Positions 15,346 through 26,159 of a stretch of 39,619 nucleotides of DNA are shown here, one piece after another. A model generated the notes under the pieces. It had not been told where the DNA came from. It saw nothing but the letters and a program-made list of their open reading frames with translations, and searched no databases. The translations under genes and the position numbers were made by a program. The DNA is from Kofleriaceae bacterium. Its GTDB lineage: Bacteria > Myxococcota_A > Polyangia > Haliangiales > Haliangiaceae. The stretch is from the NCBI GenBank assembly GCA_046597055.1, contig JBKJLC010000108.1, positions 1 to 39,619 of the forward strand. The letters are read 5' to 3'. Position 1 is the stretch's first letter. The number at the start of each line of letters is the position of its first letter.

Positions 15346-15749
15346 GGGATGTCGCTCGGTCCGGACCCGGCGGCGCTCGCCGCAATCAAGCCCCGCACCT
15401 CGTTGATCAACCCATCGGGGGTGAACGGCTTGGTCATGAAGCGCGACGCCCCGGCCGCCATGACCCGCTGGCGCGAGACCTCGTCGCCACGGGTGGTGAC
15501 GATCAAGATCGGCAGCGTGCGCAGCTGATCCTGGCCGCGCACGAACTCGACGACCTCGAGCCCGCCGATGTCGGGCATGTTGAGATCGAGCACGACCAGA
15601 TCGAACGTGCCGAGCGACAGGCGCTCGACCGCCTCGAGGCCACTCGCCGCCTGCACGAAGTGGAGGCCATCCTCGCCGCGCAGGCAGGCGATGACCATCT
15701 CACGCATCACCTTGCTATCGTCGACGACCAGGATCTGGAGGGAACGCAC
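15342..15749 (-). CDS. cheY: CheY-like single-domain response regulator
   Basis: ILVVDDS, LVVLDLNMP, VTT and TKPF; likely GTG start at 15749 behind GAGAGAAG; ATGA overlap with the cheA start. Confidence 0.9.
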   Translation of the reverse strand: MRSLQILVVDDSKVMREMVIACLRGEDGLHFVQAASGLEAVERLSLGTFDLVVLDLNMPDIGGLEVVEFVRGQDQLRTLPILIVTTRGDEVSRQRVMAAGASRFMTKPFTPDGLINEVRGLIAASAAGSGPSDIP

Positions 15750-15799
15750 GGGTCTTCTCTCGTGGTGCAGGCCGGCGAGGTTTGCCCCGGTCGCGGAGG

Positions 15800-15827
15800 T
15801 TGACATACGTGACGAGTCCGGCAAGCT
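15800..15827 (+). promoter_or_regulatory. Possible sigma70-type promoter for the divergent hybrid kinase
   Basis: Perfect TTGACA at 15800-15805; weak -10 (CAAGCT) 16 bp downstream; ATG at 15846. Confidence 0.3.
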
Positions 15828-15845
15828 GGGCCACGGCACCTAAGA

Positions 15846-17636
15846 ATGAGCGCAGCCAAACGAACCGTGTGGGTCGTCGACGATAGCCCGTCCGACGTCG
15901 CCTACGCAAGAAAGTCCCTGGCCGCCGCGTATCAGGTGCTGACGTTCGACGACGGGGCCGCCGTGCTGGAGGCACTCGAGCGCGAGCCAACGCCGGACGT
16001 GCTGGTGCTCGACTGGGTCATGCCGGGGATCAGCGGTCCCGAGGTCTGCCAGTTCGTCCGGTCGTCGGCGGGCAAGGTCGCGCAGGTCGCGATCCTGCTG
16101 GTCACCTCGCACCGCGCCACCGAGCAGATCGTCGAGGGGTTCGCCGCGGGCGCCAACGATTATCTGGTGAAGCCGTATGCGGTGGAGGAGCTGCAGGCCC
16201 GGGTCGCGGCGCTGGCGCGGTCCAAGGAGATGCTGGCCCGGGTCGAACGCGCCGAGGACGCCGTGGTCCGGCTGCTCACGCTGACCCCCGATCCGCTGCT
16301 GGTGGTCGATGCCCACGGCCGCCTGACCTACGCCAACCCCGAGGGCGAGCGGTTGCTCGGGCCGGCCCCGGCGCTGGTCGGTCGCCCGCTGGTCGAGATC
16401 CTGCCCGACCTGCGACTCGGCGATATCCGGGCGAGCGCGGGGCGGGTCATCCCGTTGCCGGACGTGACCGTCGGCGATCAGGTGTTCGCGCCGACCGCGC
16501 GGCTGGCGCCGACCGACTTCGAAGCGGCCGCGACCATCTCGCTGCGCAACGTCACCAAGCCGCGCCACGACGAGGCGCGCCGACTCGATTTCTACTCGAT
16601 CATCGCGCACGACCTGCGCTCGCCGCTGTCGTCGCTGCTGTTGCGCACCGACATGATCCTCGGCGGCGGTCGCGGCCTGCTCTCGTCCGAGCTGACCTCC
16701 GACCTTCACAAGATGCAGGGCCACGTGCGCTCGATGGTGTCGCTCATCAACGACTTCCTCGACCTCGCCCAGCTCGATGGCGGTGGCTACCGGCTCGCCC
16801 GCGAGGAGTTCGATGCCGCCGAGCTGGTCCGGGTCGCGGTCGACGAGATCCAGCCGACCATCGACGGCAGCCAGCTGACGATCGCCGTCGACCTGCCCGA
16901 GTCGCCGTTCCTGATGATCGGCGATCGCCGACGACTCATGCAGGTCGTCATCAACCTGCTGTCGAACGCGGTGAAGTTCACGCCGGCCGGTGGCGGCCTC
17001 ACCGTCCAGCTGAGCGCCAGCGGCCGTGACGCCGAGCTGGCGGTCACCGATACCGGTCGCGGGATCCCGCTCGACGCGGTCGATCGTCTGTTCCAGCGCT
17101 ACAGCCGGCTGACCACCGAAGGCCCCGGCACCGGCCTCGGCCTGATGATCGTGCGCGAGATCGTCGAGGCCCACGGTGGCTCGGTGCACGTCGCGAGTAC
17201 GGTCGGGACCGGCTCGACCTTCCGCGTGCTGTTGCCGCGCGGCCGGGTCACGGGCATGGAGGCCCAGATCCTGGTCGTCGACGACGACGACGACACCCGC
17301 GACACGCTCGAGATGCTGCTGGTGTCCCACGGCTACACGGTGGCGACCGCCGAGAACGGCCAGGTCGCGCTCGATCGCATGCGCGCCGGCGAGGTCCCGC
17401 TGGCGTTGATCCTCGACATGTCGATGCCGGTGATGACCGGTCCCGAGCTCCTCGAGCACCTCGGCCGCGATCCCCGGCTGGTGCGCATCCCCGTGTGCGT
17501 CGCGTCGGGCGACCTCTCGATCTTGCCGCGGGCACCACCCGGGGCGCTGGTGCTGCAGAAGCCGGTGCAGATCGATCGCCTGCTCGAGTTCGTCGCCCGC
17601 CACGTGCGCGCCGCCGGTCCCAAACCGACGCCCTGA
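15846..17636 (+). CDS. Hybrid sensor kinase REC-PAS-HisKA-HATPase-REC
   Basis: Receiver VLVLDWVMP; PAS-like PDPLLVVDAHGRLTYANPEGERLLG; H-box AHDLRSPL; NLLSNAVKFT, DTGRGI and GTGLGL; C-terminal receiver LILDMSMP. Confidence 0.93.
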   Translation: MSAAKRTVWVVDDSPSDVAYARKSLAAAYQVLTFDDGAAVLEALEREPTPDVLVLDWVMPGISGPEVCQFVRSSAGKVAQVAILLVTSHRATEQIVEGFAAGANDYLVKPYAVEELQARVAALARSKEMLARVERAEDAVVRLLTLTPDPLLVVDAHGRLTYANPEGERLLGPAPALVGRPLVEILPDLRLGDIRASAGRVIPLPDVTVGDQVFAPTARLAPTDFEAAATISLRNVTKPRHDEARRLDFYSIIAHDLRSPLSSLLLRTDMILGGGRGLLSSELTSDLHKMQGHVRSMVSLINDFLDLAQLDGGGYRLAREEFDAAELVRVAVDEIQPTIDGSQLTIAVDLPESPFLMIGDRRRLMQVVINLLSNAVKFTPAGGGLTVQLSASGRDAELAVTDTGRGIPLDAVDRLFQRYSRLTTEGPGTGLGLMIVREIVEAHGGSVHVASTVGTGSTFRVLLPRGRVTGMEAQILVVDDDDDTRDTLEMLLVSHGYTVATAENGQVALDRMRAGEVPLALILDMSMPVMTGPELLEHLGRDPRLVRIPVCVASGDLSILPRAPPGALVLQKPVQIDRLLEFVARHVRAAGPKPTP

Positions 17637-17691
17637 TCGCGCCTCGGCTCGATCCGGCACCGGCGTCGGCGTGACTGCGGTCGATCCCCGC

Positions 17692-17726
17692 GCCGGCGCG
17701 CCGCCCGACCGGGCCGGCGCGCCGGC
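17692..17726. repeat. GC-rich inverted repeat (possible terminator or regulatory hairpin)
   Basis: gccggcgcgccg (17692-17703) is the perfect reverse complement of cggcgcgccggc (17715-17726), with an inner ccc/ggg; no U-tract. Confidence 0.4.
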
Positions 17727-17743
17727 TCATGTACGATGCGCGG

Positions 17744-19084
17744 ATGATCGCCCGCGAGCTGCCCGACCGCGTCGATGTCGTCGTGGTCGGAGCCGGCCTG
17801 GCCGGGCTGTCCGCCGCCGATCGCCTGCGCGCCGGCGGGGCCCGGGTCGCGGTGCTCGAGGCACGCGACCGGGTCGGCGGCCGCGCCTGGTCGCAGACGA
17901 TCGGCGCCGCCCGCCTCGACGTCGGCGGCCAGTGGATCGGGCCCGGCCAGCACCGGCTGGCCGCGCTCGCCGAGCGGCTCGCGGTCGCCACCTTCCCGAC
18001 CTACGCGACCGGCGACAAGGTGCTTGACGATGGCCGGTCGGTGGCGCGCTACGCCGGCGACATCCCCTCGCTCGGCCCGATCGAGCTGGCCCAGCTGCAC
18101 CTCGCGCTGCGCCGCATCGATCGCATGGCCCGCCGGGTGTCGGCGCGGGACCCGGCCAGCTCGCCGGACGCCGCCGCGCTGGACGCGATGACCGTCGCCG
18201 ATCAGGCGCGTCGCCTCCGGCCGCGGGTGAGGGGCGTGTTCGAGGCCGCGGTCGGCGCGATCTTCGGCGCCGAGCCGGCCGAGATGTCGCTCCTGTGGTT
18301 CCTCGCGTATCTGCGCGCCGGCGGCGGCCTGATGAACCTGGCCGCGATCCAGGGTGGCGCCCAGGAGCGCCGGTTCGTCAGCGGTGCCCAGACCCTGGCC
18401 GAGCGCTGGGTGAGCGCGCTCGACGCGCCGGTCGTCACCCGCGCGGCGGTGCGTCGGATCGATCACGCGGGCGACGACGTGATCGTCAGCTCCGACCGCG
18501 GCCGGATCGCGGCGCGCGCGGCGGTGGTCGCGGTGCCTCCGCCGCTGGCGGCCGCGATCGAGCTGACCCCCGGCCCACCGCCGACCCGCGACCAGCTGGT
18601 CCAGCGCGCCGCGATGGGCGCGATCGTCAAGCTGGTGCTCGCCTACGACCGCCCGTTCTGGCGCAGCAACGGGATGTCCGGCGAGGTCGTGAGCCTGCGC
18701 GGCCCCCTCGCGGTCGTGTTCGACGACTGCAGCCACGACCTCGCCCAGCCGGCGCTGGTCGGCTTCGTGCAAGCCGGGGCCGCCCGCCGGTGGGGCGGCG
18801 ATCCGGCGCCGGCGCTCGACCAGCTCGTGCGCTGGTTCGGCGACGAGGCCCGCCGCCCCAGCGCGGTGGTCGCGGTCGACTGGGCAGCCGAGCCGTGGAG
18901 CCGGGGCTGTCCGGTCGCGGTGATGGCGCCCGGCGCGCTCACCTCGACCGGCGCGTCGCTGCGCCAGCCGGTGGGACGGGTCCACTTCGCCGGCACCGAG
19001 ACCGCGACCGAATGGACCGGTTATCTCGAAGGCGCGCTCGAATCGGGCGAGCGCGCCGCGCGGGAGGTGCTCCGTGGCCTCTGA
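17744..19084 (+). CDS. Flavin monoamine oxidase family protein
   Basis: VVVVGAGLAGL, LEARDRVGGR, DVGGQWIG, WSRGCP and HFAGTETATEWTGYLEGALESG; ATG 17744 preferred (6 nt after TACGAT); ATG 17729 is the alternative. Confidence 0.92.
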   Translation: MIARELPDRVDVVVVGAGLAGLSAADRLRAGGARVAVLEARDRVGGRAWSQTIGAARLDVGGQWIGPGQHRLAALAERLAVATFPTYATGDKVLDDGRSVARYAGDIPSLGPIELAQLHLALRRIDRMARRVSARDPASSPDAAALDAMTVADQARRLRPRVRGVFEAAVGAIFGAEPAEMSLLWFLAYLRAGGGLMNLAAIQGGAQERRFVSGAQTLAERWVSALDAPVVTRAAVRRIDHAGDDVIVSSDRGRIAARAAVVAVPPPLAAAIELTPGPPPTRDQLVQRAAMGAIVKLVLAYDRPFWRSNGMSGEVVSLRGPLAVVFDDCSHDLAQPALVGFVQAGAARRWGGDPAPALDQLVRWFGDEARRPSAVVAVDWAAEPWSRGCPVAVMAPGALTSTGASLRQPVGRVHFAGTETATEWTGYLEGALESGERAAREVLRGL

Positions 19085-20570
19085 TCGCCAGAGCCTCCTG
19101 CACGCGCCCGCGGTCCGGCTGGCCGCGATGATCCGGTCCGGTGAGGTGTCGCCGATCGAGGTTCTCGACGCACACCTCGAGCGGCTCGCGGCGGTCGACG
19201 GGGCGCTCAACGCGCTGGTCGCCGATCGGTTCGCCGCGGCCCGCACCGAGGCCGCCGCCGCCGAGGCGACCGTGCGCACCAGCCGCGATCGCGCGAGCCT
19301 GCCGCCGCTCCTGGGCGTGCCGTGCACGATCAAGGACTTCCTCGCCGTCGACGGCCTGCCCTGGACCGTCGGGCTCCACGGCCGCCGCGACCTGGTCGCC
19401 GAGGTCGACGCCACCGTGGTCACCCGGCTGCGCGCCGCCGGCGCGATCGTGATCGGCAAGACCAACGTGCCCGAGGGCGGCATGTGGATGGAGACCTCCA
19501 ATCCGCTCCACGGCCGGACCCGCAACCCGTGGGACCTGGCCCGGACCCCGGGCGGGTCGAGCGGCGGCGAGGCCGCGCTGGTCGCCGCCGCCGCGTCGCC
19601 GTTCGGCATCGGCTCCGACATCGCCGGCTCGATCCGCATCCCGGCCGCCATGTGCGGCGTCGTCGGCCACAAGCCGTCCGAGCTCCTGGTCCCCAACACC
19701 GGCCACTGGGGCCCCGGCGCGCTGCCCGCCGAGCGCATGCTGTGCACCGGCCCGATCGCGCGCTGCGTGCGCGACGCCGAGCGCGTGCTCGAGCTGATCG
19801 CCGGGCCCGACGGCGCCAGCCGCGCCACCGAGGTGCTGCCGCCGGCCGATCCGGTGCTGACCGCCGGCGACCTGCGCGGCGTCCGCGTCATCCCGGTCAC
19901 CCGCCACGGCTGGGTCCGCATCGCGCCGGTCATGGCCCGCGCGATCGAGCGCGCCACCGCGGCCCTCGCCGCCCGCGGCGCCGAGATCGTCGAGCTCGAC
20001 CCGGTCCGCTGGCGCCGGCTGTTCGGCGGCACGATGGGCGCGTGGCTCACCGCGCTGGCCCGCGCGAGCGATCCGGATCCCGACGTGCCCGACGCCCCGC
20101 GCAACTTCGGCGAGCTGCTGGCCGGCGGCCTGCCGCTGCGCGTGGTCCCCGAGCTGGTCCGCGTCCTCGCCGGCCGCGCTCGCTACTCGGTGCCGACCCT
20201 GGGCCTGATCGCGCTCGACCGCCTGGCCCGCCCGTTCGAGGCCCTGCTCGCCCGCAGCGGCCCGCCGCTCGCCGAGCTCCAGGCCGGCCTCGAGACGCTG
20301 CTCGGCCCCCGCGGCGTGCTCCTCCACCCGCCCTACAGCCGTCCGGCGCCCCGCCACATGTGGCCGCTGCTCACGCCGCTCGACGTCATGTGCACCTCGC
20401 TGTTCAGCATCACCGGCCTGCCCGCCACCGTGGTCCCGGTCGGCTTCGACGATCGGCACCTGCCGGTCGGCGTCCAGATCGTCGGCCGCCGCGGCAACGA
20501 TCGCCTCACCCTCGCCGCCGCGCGCGTGGTCGAGCAAGCCTTTGGCGGCTGGGTCCCCGCGCCGATCTGA
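19074..20570 (+). CDS. Amidase signature family enzyme (FAAH2-like)
   Basis: GVPCTIKD (Lys), GKTNVPE, PGGSSGGEAA, GSDIAGSIRIPA (Ser-Ser) and LPVGVQIVG; GGAGG RBS; overlaps the oxidase stop. Confidence 0.93.
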   Translation: MASDRQSLLHAPAVRLAAMIRSGEVSPIEVLDAHLERLAAVDGALNALVADRFAAARTEAAAAEATVRTSRDRASLPPLLGVPCTIKDFLAVDGLPWTVGLHGRRDLVAEVDATVVTRLRAAGAIVIGKTNVPEGGMWMETSNPLHGRTRNPWDLARTPGGSSGGEAALVAAAASPFGIGSDIAGSIRIPAAMCGVVGHKPSELLVPNTGHWGPGALPAERMLCTGPIARCVRDAERVLELIAGPDGASRATEVLPPADPVLTAGDLRGVRVIPVTRHGWVRIAPVMARAIERATAALAARGAEIVELDPVRWRRLFGGTMGAWLTALARASDPDPDVPDAPRNFGELLAGGLPLRVVPELVRVLAGRARYSVPTLGLIALDRLARPFEALLARSGPPLAELQAGLETLLGPRGVLLHPPYSRPAPRHMWPLLTPLDVMCTSLFSITGLPATVVPVGFDDRHLPVGVQIVGRRGNDRLTLAAARVVEQAFGGWVPAPI

Positions 20571-20620
20571 CCCGCTCGCGCCGCGCCGCGCCGCGGTCGT
20601 CGCGACGTGACGATGGCCCC

Positions 20621-20791
20621 TGGCCGGTCTGGACCCAGCGCGACGCGACCCCGACCGACCTCGGCGACGCGCCGCGCTTCGTGGGTCAGCTGCACGCCGA
20701 TCGGTATGCGCTCGACCTCGTCGACTGCGAGGTCTACCTGTACCTCGCGGCCGACGGGCGCCGGGTGGCGATCAGCAATCAGATCAGCTGA
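20621..20791 (+). pseudogene. Probable start-less gene remnant resembling the C-terminus of YwqG/DUF1963-like proteins
   Basis: Frame reads WPVWTQRDATP...RFVGQL...DCEVYLY...VAISNQIS* with genome-typical GC3 codons, but has no in-frame start after the amidase stop; family resemblance is from memory of the motif. Confidence 0.4.
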
Positions 20792-21122
20792 CGGCACCGC
20801 AGCGCGCACCGACGCCACCATCGCACGCGCGTGGCTGATCGTCGTCAAGTGCGTGAATGCTGACGGCCACGCACAGGACAACACCGTCAAACCTGTCGCG
20901 TTTTTCGCTCGTCGACTCGTGCAGCTCCGGCAGGTTGGCCGGCGGCTCGATTCTTGGATGTACTCGCTGGATGGGAGCGGGGCCTGTCATCGACGCGATT
21001 GCTGGCGTGTGCGCCTGTGGCGATGGTGTGGGCACCAGAGGCGATGTTGGACCCGCAGCCATGGTGGTGACTCCTCGTGTGCATCGACTGACGACAACCT
21101 TCCTGACTCCCAAAAGGACCCT

Positions 21123-21836
21123 ATGAAAACTACCCTGTCGATCCTGACCTTGCTCCTGGGCACCGCGGCGTGCGGTGGCACCGACAGCGACCTCGATCCC
21201 GGCGCGGGCAACGATCCCGGTGCGGGCACGTCGACCCTGCTGGTCAACGGCAAAGTCGAGGCCTCGCCCAGGCTGACGAACGCCCGCGCCGCGGCGGAGT
21301 TCGACACCGACTTCGAGGTGCAGATCACGCTCGCGGGTCAAGGTGTGACGGCGGGGACGGTGACGGTGACCAGCGCGACGGGCACGTATCCCCTGACCTA
21401 CGTCGGCGGTACCGGCCAGTGGGAGGGGCGCGCGATCGGCTACGACGAGGTCTACATCCTCGACGTGACCAGCGGCGAGCACGAGGCTTCCGGAATCCGG
21501 GTCGACGGGCCCGACCTGCACAGCTTCGTGAAGCCGAGCGCCGGGGCGGCCGTCGACTCGACGATGCAGCTCGAGGTGACGTGGGCTTCGGATGAGCGCG
21601 CCGACTCCATGGGCATCCGCACCGACAAGATCGACTGGGTCTCGATCCCGGATGAAGGCCGCTACATGCTCGCGGCCGGCGCCCTGGACGCCGACGCTGA
21701 CCAGGCGAAGCCGAACGAGCTCCGGCTGGAGCGCTCGAATCGGGTCGTCCCGGCGGGCGCGATCGCGGGCTCCGAGTTCTCGGTCCGGATCGAGAACCGC
21801 ATCGACGTCGTGGCCCAGCCAAACCCGGCGTTGTGA
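21123..21836 (+). CDS. Hypothetical lipoprotein (beta-rich)
   Basis: AAAAGGA RBS, then MKTTLSILTLLLGTAAC-GG: signal peptide II with lipobox Cys. Confidence 0.85.
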   Translation: MKTTLSILTLLLGTAACGGTDSDLDPGAGNDPGAGTSTLLVNGKVEASPRLTNARAAAEFDTDFEVQITLAGQGVTAGTVTVTSATGTYPLTYVGGTGQWEGRAIGYDEVYILDVTSGEHEASGIRVDGPDLHSFVKPSAGAAVDSTMQLEVTWASDERADSMGIRTDKIDWVSIPDEGRYMLAAGALDADADQAKPNELRLERSNRVVPAGAIAGSEFSVRIENRIDVVAQPNPAL

Positions 21837-21842
21837 ACCGGC

Positions 21843-21852
21843 CCGGCGTGGC

Positions 21853-21861
<9 letters not shown>
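21843..21861. terminator. Possible hairpin between convergent genes
   Basis: ccggcgtg-gct-cacgccgg, an 8-bp stem; no U-tract; overlaps the kinase stop codon. Confidence 0.3.
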
Positions 21862-25185
<3,324 letters not shown>

Positions 25186-25415
25186 GGCCGCGGAGAATAC
25201 CCCCGCGTCGTCGGATTTGGCCGGGCTGTGCCGGCGGTTGCCGGTGGGTTCCGGCGCGCCGTCCAGCGCGCCTGAAATCGTCCAGCGTCGGACCGAATCC
25301 AGTAGCGGCGACGGCGGCTGATACCTAACAGATGCTGCGACTTGATACAGACGACGCACCCCACCCGCGATACCGTGGCCGGTCTTCGCTGCATCGATCA
25401 GAAGGGAGACTGGTC

Positions 25416-26072
25416 GTGACCGAGCTACTCGACGCCTCGCTGCGCTTCCCCACCATCGTCTTCACGGTGGGCCTGGGCATCGCCCTGCTCTACTGGCTCT
25501 TCGTGTTGCTGGGCGCGGTCGACATCGATCTGTTCGGCGGCGACGTCGCCGGTGCCGGCAAGGGCGGCGCCGAGGCGCTCAAGGGCTTCAAGCCCGACCT
25601 CGACAGTCACGGCGGCTTCTTCGAGGGGCTCGGCCTCGCCGCGGTTCCGATCACGATCTCGTTCTCCGTCGTCATGCTGCTCGGCTGGGTCGGCACGCTG
25701 CTCGGCATGAGCTATGGCCACGCCGGCCTCGGCGGGCTCGGCGGCTGGCTGGGTCCGCTGGTGCTGCTGGTCGTGATCCTCGTCGGCGTCCCGCTGGCCG
25801 GGCTGGTGGTGCGCCCGCTCGGTCCGGTGTTCGAGGTGAAGGCCGGCAAGGCCAACCGCGACTACGTCGGCGCGGTGTGCACCGTCACCACCGGCCACGT
25901 CGACGACGGCTTCGGCCAGGCCACCGTCGAGGATGGCGGCACCGTGCTGGTCATCCCGGTCCGCTGTGACCGGCCCGGCGCGCTCGCGCGCAACCAGCGC
26001 GCGGTGATCATCGACTACGACGACACCCGCGCCGCCTACGTCGTGGAACCCGAGAGCGGGCTCCTGCCCTAG
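25416..26072 (+). CDS. YqiJ/NfeD-like membrane protein with C-terminal OB-fold
   Basis: PTIVFTV...YWLFVLLGAVDID, GLAAVPITI, TM helices, then CTVTTGHVDDGFGQATVEDGG...VRC...IIDYD; GTG start behind GAAGGGAG; directly upstream of a flotillin gene. Confidence 0.82.
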   Translation: MTELLDASLRFPTIVFTVGLGIALLYWLFVLLGAVDIDLFGGDVAGAGKGGAEALKGFKPDLDSHGGFFEGLGLAAVPITISFSVVMLLGWVGTLLGMSYGHAGLGGLGGWLGPLVLLVVILVGVPLAGLVVRPLGPVFEVKAGKANRDYVGAVCTVTTGHVDDGFGQATVEDGGTVLVIPVRCDRPGALARNQRAVIIDYDDTRAAYVVEPESGLLP

Positions 26073-26159
26073 CGCAGGCAGCGGCGCGTCGTCACCGTTT
26101 CGTCTCAGGCCCGGAGTCCGTGCTGGCGGGGGCCAGCCGAGGAACACAGGAGCAGAATC

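Noticed and set aside
20860..20990. Superficial likeness to a c-di-GMP-I riboswitch (ggccacgcacaggacaacacc ... gggagcgggg)
   Set aside because: Lacks the GNRA-capped P2 stem, the GACGCAAA junction and the receptor pairing; an Infernal search against the c-di-GMP-I model would settle it.
20607..21122. N-terminal extension of the lipoprotein ORF (409 aa in the track)
   Set aside because: The signal peptide, lipobox and RBS define the start at 21123; the extension is atypical in composition.
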